A stretch of DNA of 63,956 bases, counting the filler, from Cladosporium halotolerans (Eukaryota): NCBI RefSeq assembly GCF_011745625.1. It is 6 parts of 6 records of this genome, joined end to end, with 100 filler letters (N's around TTAATTAATTAA, not from the genome) between each part and the next. Parts side by side here need not be neighbours in the genome. Positions count along the whole stretch, not along the records: positions 1 to 11,494 come from NW_027191588.1; positions 11,595 to 23,058 come from NW_027191589.1; 4 more parts are not named here. One strand, 5' to 3'. A model generated the notes under the pieces. It did not search any database, was not told the origin of the DNA, and saw only the letters and a list, made by a program, of their open reading frames with translations. The translations under genes and the position numbers were made by a program. Below are positions 1 through 11,693 of this stretch, one piece after another. The first letter of the stretch is position 1. Every line of letters begins with the position of its first letter.

Positions 1-331
1 AACCTTCTCCATTGCTGGAAACTCGGTCGGGAATGATAGGCCACGGACTCTGTACAAGCTCGCGGAGGCGCAGCAACTTCTGCGCAGCTGGTACGACGAC
101 GACATAATCTGAAGTATATAGACACTTTGGTACTGTACCATGTGAGCACATTCTCTCGTGTGTACGACAGTGCTTATCGTTCGTGCCAAGACTGATAATT
201 GTCTTGGCAGAAGATGCAGACAGACAGACAAATCATTGCCATTTCTCAGACAGACAGACAAGCCACCGCTCCTTAGGTAAGCAGACCAGACATTCTCGAA
301 AATCTTGTCTGTCTGTCTGATGAACACCCTG
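1..331 (+). mobile_element. Right end of a hAT DNA transposon (CAGAC-repeat family)
   Basis: The transposase tail is followed by (CAGA)n/(TCTG)n subterminal repeats and the terminus ...GTCTGATGAACACCCTG (rc CAGGGTGTTCATCAGAC). A near-identical end lies at 11595-11693. Confidence 0.8.
2..112 (+). CDS. C-terminal end of a hAT transposase (dimerisation domain), 5'-truncated by the window edge
   Basis: Translates as TFSIAGNSVGNDRPRTLYKLAEAQQLLRSWYDDDII*, matching the hAT C-terminal pattern FSxAG...R.R....EA...LRSW. Confidence 0.8.
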   Translation, partial: TFSIAGNSVGNDRPRTLYKLAEAQQLLRSWYDDDII

Positions 332-524
332 GCTTCAGCCCGGACTATCGCCCTTGGAACATCTGTAGCGTAGATTGGGCGTCCAGCTCAAGAACATGAT
401 GCTTTCCATCATCGAAGCTTGCCGGCAACTCCGCTGTCTTATTGTACTGGCACGCTCTTACCAGAATAGATTACAATCTTGAGCAGTTACAGTAACCCGG
501 ACCGGTCCATCTTTTCACCATTTC

Positions 525-808
525 TGTGGCGAGGTGTTGAGCTCCGCCTGCGGAAGTCGTCCCAGACTGCAAAAGAGTGTCTGCGGAAGTCGTCCCAGAC
601 TGCAAAAGAGTGACGCGGTGTCAAGCTTAGTCCGACCGGACTGGCTTTTGCAAAGTGCAAAGGGTTCGTTGCTACAATTGTCTGACCATCAGTACCTGTC
701 GTTGTACTTATTACGTGCAGACGTAGTGCTCAGGATAGCGGCTCACAATAGAGTGTCAATACACCACACTTCTTATGTAGTACTTACAAGACCACTTCGA
801 AAGCCACA
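525..808 (+). mobile_element. Candidate solo LTR
   Basis: Has TGTGGC...GCCACA inverted termini, an internal 33-bp tandem duplication and CAATACA near the 3' end. The flanks ATTTC/ATGGC match only 3/5. Confidence 0.35.
548..612. repeat. Tandem duplication with a 33-bp period
   Basis: CTGCGGAAGTCGTCCCAGACTGCAAAAGAGTG occurs at 548 and at 581. Confidence 0.95.
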
Positions 809-935
809 ATGGCGCCGCCTGAGACCGTCGATGGAGTTCAGTCCCACGCCAGAGGTCCCTTCTTGATCTTTCCTGGTAGGTTGGTTTCAGATCTCGCTAG
901 ATTCATCAACTCCATCACTGACCGGAAGCCCAGAC

Positions 936-1586
936 ATGAGAACAGACCGTGAGCTGGACCTCCCGCCAACGGAAGTCGTCGCCGATCAGGGTGATGAGGT
1001 GTCCTGGGAGTTGCTCAACAAGATCATCGACGAAGTTTTCGCCGCGGCCGACGGACAGATTGAGCGAGGAAGAGACCGCACAGGACAGCATCCCATATCG
1101 CATGGCGATAAGGAGATGCGCTCGCATTCCACGAAGACAACATCTGACAAAACAGCTGATGGAGCCGAGACGCGCAAACCGCGATGCTTGCAAGGCGTGC
1201 GAAGGCCACAGAAGGACGACGAATACTGGTCCGTCTCTCCATCGGCATGGTCACGACTATCACAAGCCCGGCAGGAGGTCTTGTCCCACGTCGGCCGCAT
1301 CAACGAGACATCAGAAGGTGTACAAGCTCCCGACGGTGATTGCTCCAGGTGTGCGCAGAGCGGAGCAGAATGTATGGTGTATCGTTCGGAGGCACGCATA
1401 GCCACCAGTGGCGATCAGATGCTGTCTTGCAGTCGTTGCAGGTTCCGCGGCCTGGTATGCTCTCGTGGCGAGACCGTGAAATCGCGCAGGCGAAAACGTA
1501 AAGCTGTCAGGTTCGACGCGTCGGTGTGCGATGAAGCTTACAAACCAACGTCCCGGACAAACAAGCGAGCGAAAACACGATGTTGA
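936..1586 (+). CDS. Hypothetical protein with a C-terminal Cys6 zinc-cluster-like motif and basic NLS-like tail
   Basis: 216-aa ORF containing CSRC-x6-C-x18-CSRC-x6-C followed by KSRRRKRK. Its 3' end is also present in contig F (about 63785-63859). Confidence 0.55.
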   Translation: MRTDRELDLPPTEVVADQGDEVSWELLNKIIDEVFAAADGQIERGRDRTGQHPISHGDKEMRSHSTKTTSDKTADGAETRKPRCLQGVRRPQKDDEYWSVSPSAWSRLSQARQEVLSHVGRINETSEGVQAPDGDCSRCAQSGAECMVYRSEARIATSGDQMLSCSRCRFRGLVCSRGETVKSRRRKRKAVRFDASVCDEAYKPTSRTNKRAKTRC

Positions 1587-1991
1587 TGTGAATCGAGCTA
1601 GAACAGAATACATCGCTGTGATGACAAGATGCTTGCTTGAACCCGGGCTTTCAGCCCAAAACGGCTGCCAGTGTACCAACGTGCACATGGAAGGCTTATG
1701 CGAACCTGATACTGTACTGCAGTGCAGATGTATTAGTCGGTGGATACCGGCACATCACGTCAGGAATGCGACGAAGATAGGCCATTTTCCGTTTGTCATG
1801 TCATCCAACAGGGTACAACGTGGTCAGGGGCTTTCTGGACGTTCCAGCTAGAGATACTGAGACCTCGCTGATACAGGTATGGTATAAGTATTTATTTCTC
1901 CCAGCCTGCCTCCAAAGACTTCTGCCTTTTGATGCTTTAAATTACGTTCTTTCCAACCTCTTGCACCAAGAATCGTCCTAAGAAAGGCACC

Positions 1992-2255
1992 ATGGGCTCA
2001 GGGCAGGAGAAGACTGCGAAAAACTCCAGTGGGTCAGCACACAAGATGACGGCGGAAGGTAGGCGGACATCAGCGGCCATTCGATGAATCTCGATCAAAA
2101 GGCTGACATGACACTGTGACTCAGGAGGCGAAGGGGAGCTTTGTGTGTTCTTCTTTGACGAGGAGCTTCGATCAAAGGAGAAAAAGAGGCGGCTTTCAAA
2201 AGAATACATCGACCGACAAAGGCGACTAAGAGAAAAGATGAAGGCTGCCGAGTAA
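1992..2255 (+). CDS. 65-aa two-exon charged micro-protein (copy A); exons 1992-2058 and 2125-2255
   Basis: Removing the intron GTAGGC...GCTGAC...TCAG gives MGSGQEKTAKNSSGSAHKMTAEGGEGELCVFFFDEELRSKEKKRRLSKEYIDRQRRLREKMKAAE*. The frame and intron are conserved in copy F. Confidence 0.55.
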
Positions 2256-2502
2256 ATCGCTCCCATTGGAACCCCCTTTGCACTCGTCTCTCCGACGCCT
2301 TATGTGTTTAAGCTTATCAGTCGCGTCTGGTAAATGTCAACCATGGACATATCCTTCGGACAGGAGCCACAGGGAATGTACATGTGAAGGAAGCCCGGCA
2401 CGAAAGCTGAGTAGAAGCAGCTGCGCTTGTCAACCAGCATTTTGCAATCGGTCTGAAGCGGTATGACATAGACGATCGCGTTGTTATGCGCCTCATCATA
2501 TT

Positions 2503-5500
2503 CTATTCCGGCGGAGCACGCCCCTCTAGCGCAGAACAGTGCCCTTTGATGCGCACCGTGTCGACGAGAAAACCATAGCCCCGCAGTACCGCTTTCCAAC
2601 CTGCCGATTCATGATCTTTCGACGTATCGCAGATGTGGGGAGCATCTTTGATCAGAGCTACTTGAGCGTCAATGCCGTGACTCACAAGGCACTTCCACGT
2701 CCTGTAGGATTGCTGCCAGGGAATGAGCTCGTCCTTCGTGCCGTGAACGAGGAATGTCGGCGTCTTGTAATTTCCAAGCTTGATCTGGGCAAGTGGGCTG
2801 CATCGTTGGATCTCCCGGAGTGGCGGCTGCGGCAGTGTGGTCCAATCAACACGACTCGAATCTTCATCGCTCACGCTCGAGCTGCACGGCAGGCCGGAGA
2901 CTATGATGGGCAGTGTTTGTGCCTTCCAATTCATGTGCAGGACAATGCGGCAGCGTGGGTCTTGTCGGATGCGGACGTCTGTCAGTGGCTCCCAAGAGCC
3001 GATGGAGTCGTAAGAGGAAATCTGCAGGCGACGCGTTTGTCAGTGTGGCCATCGGTAAAGCGAAAGGTAGTGATGATATTAGCTATACCGGACTTGGCTG
3101 GACTGCATCCAAGAGGTCATATTCCTCGTCAACATCTTCGGCGCCGCAAAGCTGGATTGGATGTTGCCACCCTGTCAAATCCGGTGAGTCATGCAATATC
3201 CCTTTGCCACGATGTGCACCTGTCCGGGTTACTGTACTCACAATCATCTTCATAATCAGTCGGGCAATAAAGCGCCAAGATCGCCGCAGGTGGCTCCAGA
3301 CCCCTCTGAGGAGCGGTCCACGCAAGCGACATGGCTAGTTGGCCGCCTGAAGACCAGCCCACGGCCACCACACATCCACCGTCGGGCTTCAGCGAACAAT
3401 CGCCGAGATCTATCGCCGGAAGGGTGTGCCTCGCCCAGTTCAGAGCATCGCACACGTCCACCATGGGACCTTCGACTAGTTTGGTCTCGGGACAGAGGCG
3501 ATGGTCGATGCTGACGGGCAAAAACCCCATCCCGAGCAGGATGCGAGTTTGCGCAGGCCTGACGTCTTTTCGGGAAAACAGGACGTGGCTACCTCCGTGG
3601 ATCATGAGAGCTGTCACGCCCGTCAGCCGGTCCCCTTCACCACTCAATGCTTGTTCTCACCTATGGGAAGAGTGACGGCCGGGTCAGCCCTGACCGGGCA
3701 GTACACATCTGCAAGGATATCAAGCTCGCCAGACGTCTTATAGACCACTTCGCAGACCCGGGTTTTCTCTACTCTCTTTGATGCTTCTCTTCGGAGTGTC
3801 GTGCGAGGAGAAGCGGTCGCGACGCGCACCACCTGGGCCTCTGGGTTCCCGACGTCGGTCCACATCACGTCTTGAAACTCAGCGGCCATCAACTTCGAGC
3901 TCCAATGATGCTCATCAGCCAAGCAGTGTGTGCGGTTGTCGTTGAAACGCCACCACCCGTCTAACAAACCGAACACCAAGTCGAAGATGTTGAGCCGCCT
4001 CGTGATTTCCACCATGGCAAAAATGCCGTCTTCACGTAGCAGGCATCGAAGGTGACCGAGAGATTGCTCCAGGTCGCGAGTTGCATGTATGCAGTTTGAG
4101 GCGAGCACGACGTCATATGCCCCTTCTAGATCTTTGGGGGGCTGTTCTTCGACATCAAGAACACCAAAGGTCAGGCCAGCAATGCCGTCCAACGATTGTC
4201 TTGCAGCATTGACGAGGTGCGGTGAGACGTCAGTAAAATGATAGTCGAATGGCATTTCTGCCGCTTGCAAAGCTGCAAGCAGCGGGCGCGTTGTCCCACC
4301 TGTGCCGGCGCCAACTTCTAATATTTGGATCTTGCCCGTTCTGCCAAGATGACCCGCAACGCGAAGCACAATCTTGGCAAGAGATTTGGTCGCCATTTGG
4401 AAGAGAGGCCAGTGTTGGTAGAATTCTCGGAGTGCTGTCTCGTTGGCTTGGTCACCAAACAGAATCTGGAGGCCGTCGAAGACCCCGGTGAGGCACCCGG
4501 CCGTTCGTGAACCTACGGCGTGCATGAGCTGATGCAAGCTCCCGTGCTCTGGCCAATGCCTCATAGCCGCACTATGTAGATCTGCTGCACGAGCCTTGTC
4601 GACGTGCTGTTCGGTGCGCACGAAGGTACCTTCCGGAGTTTCGATCAGAATGCGCGCTTCAACCAGGGCAAGGAAAAATCGGTGAAGAAGTCGTTTGTGT
4701 CGTGGCAGAATGTTCTGCATTTCTGGCATGGCCTCGCCTGCCGCCATCGTCGCCAAGTCACACCCGATTCTGCCGAACGCTTCGACGATATAGGCCAGGA
4801 ATAGACGTGTGTGGCTCGGGTACACGGCGGCCAGGTAGTCCAAATCGACAGCGGAGGAATCGACATCCAGACTCGCATCGTGCTTCGGCTCAGACGAGGC
4901 GACCGAGACTTGGTTTTCCTCGTCCCTCTCGACCTGCTCGTATTCAACGGCAGTGGATGTCATTTTTTTTGGCCAGTCGCGCATCTTTGAGCACATCATG
5001 GGAATCGCGATGTTTGCGCTCTCGAGATCCCACCGTGGAGGTCACATACTCGACGAACGCCCCGGTGCTGTTGAATGACATGAGGGTTGACAAGGGAATG
5101 ACCATGTCCAGCGATGCTCTCAAATCGTTCAGAACCTCTATTGCAGCGAGCGAGTCAATCCCGAGGTCTTCCAGAGATCCGGCCATGGACACGCGCTCTG
5201 GCGGCGTGCCGGTTACGCTGGCCAAGACCTCAAGCACCTTCCGCCGGTGATCAGGACGATGTCCCGGCTCGGATCCATCTCGTGAGGCCGTATTTCGCCC
5301 CGTGTGTATTTGCTTCCGCAGACCGTCGGTCGAACATGGCGCAACAGCGTTCGCGGCCCTCAATGATCGCGCAAGTGGAACGCGGGAAAGCTTCTTGAAT
5401 TGCAGCCCCGAGGCCGCGAAGAGGACCTGCTGCTGGCGCGCATCTAATACCAGCACGTCTGCGATTGCAGCGTCTTCACTGTCCATCCGCATCCTCGAGT

Positions 5501-8500
5501 AGAATGAGAGATTGTGTGCATCCGTCGGGATAGCATCGGCGAAGTCGATCTGATCTATCTTTTGGCAGATGAAAAGTGAACCCTGGAAATCGTCGTTGTT
5601 GAAATAGTTGACCAGGAACCCTGCTGCCTGCATGAAACCGTCGATCGATTGTGTATCGGTTGCGGCAGCGACGTGAGTATCTCCACATCGGCGGTTCCAC
5701 TCGATCTCGCCTGCGGCCTCTGTGCCGACGCACGCGATGCTTTTGATACGTCGAAAGATCTCGCCATAGGTCACGACGGAGTCGAAAGCTCGATAGACGT
5801 GGTTGCCCTGCATACGCTCGGCCGACTCGTCATCGACAATTCCTTGGTATCGACGACGAACGTCCGAAATTCTGAAGTCCTTGAGTCCCGCTACTGCGTT
5901 CGTCTGATCTCGGGATCGGAGAGAAACGACTCCCACTACCCGATTTTGAGGATTGATATCGTCAGTGTCCGCACGTGGCGACTTTTCTATTGTCACTGAA
6001 AAAAGCCAAGAGTCTCGCGAACCCTCGTGCTGCTCCAGACGCAGTCGGATGATATTCCTCAGATCATTGCCCACGGGCGCATTCATGGACAATTTCTCCA
6101 CACGAAGACCCAATTGACCACTTTGAATGTCGCATCTCAGCTTCAGCACTGCCCGAGCAGCTACTTCGAGGTAGAACGAGGCCGGCGCCAGCGCTTCTCC
6201 CGACATCACATGTCCGTTGCACAACAACTGGAATCGTGGATGTGCAGCAGGTATGAAGAACTCCGCACCTCCTTGCGCATCCCCACCGGCCAAAGACAAG
6301 AAATCATCTTCATCTTGGGGTTGTTGGGAGGCGGGGCCAATGGCAGAAGCCTGGCTCGTGGTGGGATTGGTAAAAGGAAGCCAATGTCGTCCGCGGGCGA
6401 AAGGGTATGGCGGCGGTGTCAGGTGCCGGTATCGATGCTGTTGACTGCGCTCGAAAGGCTCATACTGCACAGGTTGGCCTTGGTTCCACAGCTCCACTAT
6501 TGCTCTCGCCAGGGAACCGCTGGCGTCGGAAAAGACCTTGTCAAGGCATACGAACGAGTGATGGCCTCTCCCACGGAGCGACTTTTGAGCAAGGCGCAAA
6601 AAAGACGCGGCGTGACCCGCCGAGATCCAGCAAGACTCAGGATACCTCAGCGACAGCCTTTCCACTGCTTGCTGGAAGTGCACAGGTCTTCTCATGTGAT
6701 GGGCCACGAAGCTGTGATTGAAGACAGCACAGGAGGCCTCTGTGTCGCAGGTCTCGAGATGAATCGTGGGGGTTTTCCACTCAAGCTTACTGGCCAGCTT
6801 TTCCAGTGCTGGCTGGACAGCTTCTGTATATACCGAGTGGAAGCCATGAGTTACGTCCAGCCTCTGCGCCACAACGGACCCTCGGAGGTCTGATCGACTG
6901 TCGATATGTCTTTCGAGGACTTTGATGGCATGCTCTGAGCCTACAACGACATGGCTCTCCGGTCCGTTGTAGCATGCAACCTGAGCGTAATCAATCTTGG
7001 CTTCCAGCGCCTCCAGCATCCGGTCGACCACGCGCGTGGGGGCGCTCAGTGAGAGCATTGCACCACGTTCCGAGCCCCAGTGCTTCTCGATCAAGGAGGC
7101 TCTTCCGGTCACCAGCTTAAGTCCGTCAGCCAAGGACAGCATCCCACATATGCAGAGCGCAGCCAGCTGACCGAAGCTGTGGCCCACCACCGCGTCTACT
7201 TTGAGGCCCGAATCGATCCACGCCTTTGCAGAGGAGTATTGCGAGGCGAAAAGTGCGGCGTGGAAAGTCTTTAGGTCGGCGAGCGGCGCGGTTTGAAAAA
7301 TGTCTGGGTAAAGTCCGCCATGGCCCGTGTCGATCAGGTTCTCGTGACATTGATCGAGGTTGCGTCGGAGACCTTGCCATTCCTGGTAGCACTGCCGTGA
7401 GAGCCCAACGTATTGCCTCTCCTGGCCTCCCAAAACCAATATGGTTGGTTTCGCTGAACCAACCTTGCGTAACACCATGCTTTCTTTTGCCACTTCCGCA
7501 AGCTTCAGCTCCAAGACGTCCATACTCGAGACATTTTTTTTTTTTTTGGAATCATATTGTATGCAAGCTATCTAGCTTATGACAACCCCTAGCTAATTAC
7601 TAGAAGACTTCTCGTTCCCCAATGTACTCTTGCCTCGTCTTATCTCTTGTGCTCCTGCTCGCTGTCCCGACTCTATCTAGCCGCCACAGCTTTCGGGCTC
7701 GATGCCCTCCTACTGTCCAATCCTCCTGATTTGTTGCACCTTCATCCGTCGTCTCGCTCCACTTCTTCTTCAGTCGTCCCCTCGCTCCCATCAAGTCGGC
7801 CCATGTCCCATTCATCGATGACTTTTGCTTCTCTGTCTTCCTTCCTCTTTCCCACCACGGTGTGTTCGAGGAACCGTAACACTGCTTCCGCTGCGCTTTC
7901 GCAAAAAAGTAGCTGAAGGTCTGATGTGTCTCTCCGCGCAGAGATCTTGATCTTCTTTTGATGCATGTCTCTCAGCATCACATCACGCTCTCTCCTCCAC
8001 TTCCGACATTCAATCAGTAGGTGGACGACAGTCTGTCTGCTGCTGTTACACCACCAGCAACGCGCATCTTGTGCCTGCTTGGTCCTGAACAGGTACTCGC
8101 CGGTTATGGCATGGCCCGACTTGAGCTGCAGGTATCTTGCCGTCACTGACTTCTTGCCGTCATTGACGACTTTGCTGATCTTCGATGCACACTTCCACCT
8201 CGCTTTATTCGACTGCGTCACATATGACAGCGACGCCGACCGCATCGCCTTCGGTTGCTGCGTCGCTGCAAGCCTCGCTGCAGCTCTCACGGATTCCATG
8301 CGTTCTACGCTCTTACCTGTGGGTAGGTGTGACAATATCACTTGGTCGCCCCGTTCTTGGATGAGTCTAATCTGGGTGTTGATGTCTCGGATCAACGGCG
8401 TAGTCCAGTGGCCTGCTTTGTCAATGGCAGACAGGGCCTGGCGTGAGTCCGACAGTATCTCAGCGCATCGTGTTACGGTTCCTGGCAGTGAAAACCGGCA

Positions 8501-10160
8501 TATATGAACAGCCATACGGATTGCGTATAGATCGCATACTCGAGACAGTCGTACAGAGAGTGTAATGCAGAGCGTGATTTGCCCTGATCGATATGTTGTA
8601 AAGCACATCTGACAGCTCCAAGCTTTGACTCCGATCATCCTTTTGCTTCCTGAGCCAGAGTAGGATCTCGGAACAGCGTAGAGAGAGTATGTCCCTGGTT
8701 GCTGCGGACACGAAAAGAGGTTGTTCGCCTTGAATTTTCGGTTGCGCTGTTCCCTCCTTTTCGCCGCTGGCATGGCGAGTCGACATTTCTCGCACTAAGA
8801 TTGCGGCATTACTCCCGGCTGCACCGTAGCTCGCGACACAAGCTGCACGCGCTGTGCCAGGCCAGGGGGCAAGGTGACGGGGTATCGCCACAATGTCTGG
8901 ATGTAGGGCCGGTATGCGCGGACTCAGTCGCTTGTGGCTGGCCTGCGGAGGGATCTTGCGACGATTCATCATCAACAAGACCTTGATGAGTCCCGCCACG
9001 CCCGCAGTCGCTTCGGTATGCCCGATGTTCCCTTTCATCGACGACACGAGCAGTGGCGACGTACGCGGCGAGCCACAGTATACTTCGCGCAAGCCCGCCA
9101 TCTCGATGGGATCTCCCACCTTCGTGCCCGTTCCGTGCGCTTCGACATAGGATACTTCCTCCGGCGAAAGTTTCGCAATACTCAGTGCTTTTCGATGAAG
9201 GAGTACCTGAGCCCTCGTGTCTGGGACGGCAATGTGACCTACGTTCCCGCTTTGGCTGACCGCGGAACCGACAATCACGCCAAGCACTCGGTCGTTTTCC
9301 TCGATGGCTGTCGCGAGCGACTTGAGCACCACGACGCCAACCCCTTCCGCCCGGCAGTACCCGTCTGCGTCACTGTCGAATGGCTTGCACTGACCGGTGG
9401 GACTCAAGAAGCCGGCGGCGGCCAGATTCCGGTAATCGTGTGGGCTGGTGATCACGTTGATGCCACCTGCGATGGCGCGGCTGCATTCTCCCGCGATGAT
9501 CGCCTTGCAAGCCGCGTGGACCGCTATCATCGACGAGGAGCAGGCAGTGTCCAGGGTGATTGCAGGGCCAGTCCAGCCAAAGAAGTGGCTCACTGCGCCA
9601 CTGATGTATGACCTTGAGGTCCCTTTCGTGGCGTACGCGGATGCCTTGTGGCACGCGACATTGTCGTAATAGTTGTTCATGACTGCCCCAATGTAGCAAC
9701 CAAAATCTCGGTTCCGCGACGGCAGCGAAGCTCCAAATTGTCCACCATCTTCCAAAGCCTCATAAGCAACTTCGAGCATAATGCGCTGTTGGGGATCCCA
9801 AGTCTGTGCTTCTCTGGCTGTAATTCGAAAGAATTCGTGGTCGAAAGCGTCTACATCGTCGAGGAAGTTTCCCCACCACATTCTGCTCGGATCGTCAGGA
9901 GGAAGGTGTCCTAAGCCAATTCGTTCCGTCGGCGCTGGCTCTACCGTGCTCTTTCCTGCTTCCAGCAGATCCCAAACGGCGTCAACGGATTTTGCGCCGG
10001 GAAACCTGCCGGCCATGCCAACGACCGCAACAGCATGAGAAGGATACTCAGATCGGATGTCGCCATTCTTCGGATGCGCGCCTATGGGTCCCTTGGACGC
10101 AGCCCTTGGACGCAGGGACAAGACACGGACCATTGTCTTTTGTGGTTGGATCGACCACAT
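2503..10160 (-). pseudogene. Non-reducing iterative PKS, KS-AT-PT-ACP-CMeT-esterase (MpaC/AusA/Trt4-like, methylorsellinate-type), copy A; split by a LINE and a +1 homopolymer frameshift
   Basis: KS DTACSSS/EAHGTGT/GNIGHTE; AT GHSFG; PT GHVMSG...DGFMQ; ACP GIDSL; CMeT LEVGAGTGG; esterase HGGS, GWSSGG, GTKDE, APH. Three GT-AG introns lie in the esterase part. LINE at 7534-8534; frameshift at the T8 run near 4963-4970. Confidence 0.9.
7534..8534 (-). mobile_element. 5'-truncated non-LTR retrotransposon (Tad1-like; RNase H plus C-terminal Zn finger) inserted in the PKS
   Basis: 13-bp TSD CATACTCGAGACA at 7521-7533 and 8535-8547; 14-nt poly(A) tail at 7534-7547; encodes LYAI..ILSDSRQAL and CWWC..H...C. 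Copy F has the empty site at about 57864-57876. Confidence 0.95.
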
Positions 10161-11045
10161 ATGGTATTCCGGACTGAGTACCCACTTTAGATGCGGTGAG
10201 CAAAGCTGCACTATCGGTAGCTCGTGACATATTCGCTGTCGCAGTGGGCGAACGGGGGGTGCAGACCTACGAGGCAGCAGAATGAAGCTTGTGAATAGTG
10301 AACGCCGGTTTCCAACGGCAAAAAGACATGGGAATGCGGCCACGGTGCGCCCGGTACGTGTAGAAATGTACTGCTTTTAAAGCGTGCCCGCTCAGGCGGA
10401 TCTCGGCCGTGCGAATCTTAGCGTAAGGCCGCGGCTATACAGTGCGATAGCATGTTTGGTGCGATGTGTAGATCTCGGCCCAGATAAGCTTGTCGACTAT
10501 AGCGTCAGACGATGCAACTCTACTGTGGCAGGCATGTGCACCATACCAGCGCCCTTCTGATACGATCATGACACAAGCTTCTGTTTCCTTTTCAACTGCC
10601 GTTTGCAAGATACGGTTGGCATCACTGCTGCACTTTATCTTATTGATTTTGCAACGTACAGGGCAGGCAGGGCAAAGAATCTTTGATTTTGCAATGCACA
10701 GTACCGGTGTACTGCATGGTCCAAGCCCTGCACCTGATTAGACAGTTGCCCCGCGAGAGAGAGATCATGAAAGCGGCCTTATCCTTCAGGTATAGTACGT
10801 AGTGCCGGGAGGCTCAAAAGTCCTCCCGTAGACGATTGCGAGCGCAGCGGGACTGCAAGATTATGAGGAACCGATATTGTTGGCGTTCACCCCGGCGGTC
10901 AGGGTCCTGTATAGTGTGCACCAACAAAAATCCACGCGTAGCTCTTGTCTTTCCATCTCTTCGAGGGCAAGCGATATCGCATTCTTCCCGGACGAACTGT
11001 CCCTCACCATCAAAGCACCACCTCTGGCCGTTCGAACTGTCGTTG

Positions 11046-11494
11046 CTAGTGCAAAAGTCCGTATTCTTCTTTCAGGAAATCTGCAAACGCGTATGGAACT
11101 TTGGCCGTCACACCCTCAAACGTAGTATCTCGCAGGGGAAATATTCCCCCGTGCACGCTGAAGCGCTCATTCCGGCGAGCCATCAAATCTTTGGCTTCCG
11201 CATTCGCCTTTTCACGACATCGCAACGGCTTGATGTCGATGTACAGCCCAGAGTTCATGTCTATCCAGCGAGCACTAGTCTCTGTCTCTGCGTCAGCGGT
11301 GCTCTTGTCGGGCAATTCCGATTTGACTTCGAGCAAGTAGTCGCGGCGAATATCGGACCCAGGAAACGTGAAATGATACGTCGTCATGCTGTAGTGCTCA
11401 GACAGGTGCTGCATATCTTCGATGGTTGTTTGAACATCAAGACCAGAGCTCCAGGGTAGAATTCTGCGATTCCAGTACCACCCAAGTAGTGAGC
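11046..11494 (-). CDS. LicD/Mnn4-like phosphotransferase family protein, 5'-truncated by the contig edge
   Basis: Motifs LLGWYWNRRILPWSSGLDVQ, ARWIDMNSGLYIDI, IFPLRDTTFEG...VP and EEYG. The canonical PWDxDxD motif is altered. Confidence 0.75.
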
Positions 11495-11594
11495 NNNNNN
11501 NNNNNNNNNNNNNNNNNNNNNNNNNNNNNNNNNNNNNNTTAATTAATTAANNNNNNNNNNNNNNNNNNNNNNNNNNNNNNNNNNNNNNNNNNNN
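11495..11594. other. Artificial contig linker
   Basis: N44-TTAATTAATTAA-N44, with stops in all six frames; identical to four other linkers. Confidence 0.97.
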
Positions 11595-11693
11595 TCATTG
11601 CCATTTCTCAGACAGACAGACAAGCCACCGCTCCTTAGGTAAGCAGACCAGACACTCCCGAAAATCTTGTCTGTCTGTCTGATGAACACCCTG
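11595..11693 (+). mobile_element. hAT right end (same family as 1-331), inserted into a Fot1 transposase
   Basis: Near-identical to 233-331, ends in ATGAACACCCTG, and is followed directly by DDE coding sequence. Confidence 0.8.

Noticed and set aside
548..612. CRISPR-like 32-33-bp repeat
   Set aside because: Two abutting copies with no spacers, no cas genes, and a eukaryotic context.
7742..8773. 343-aa ORF as a real gene
   Set aside because: It is a chimera of an off-frame PKS segment reading into the LINE RNase H fragment.
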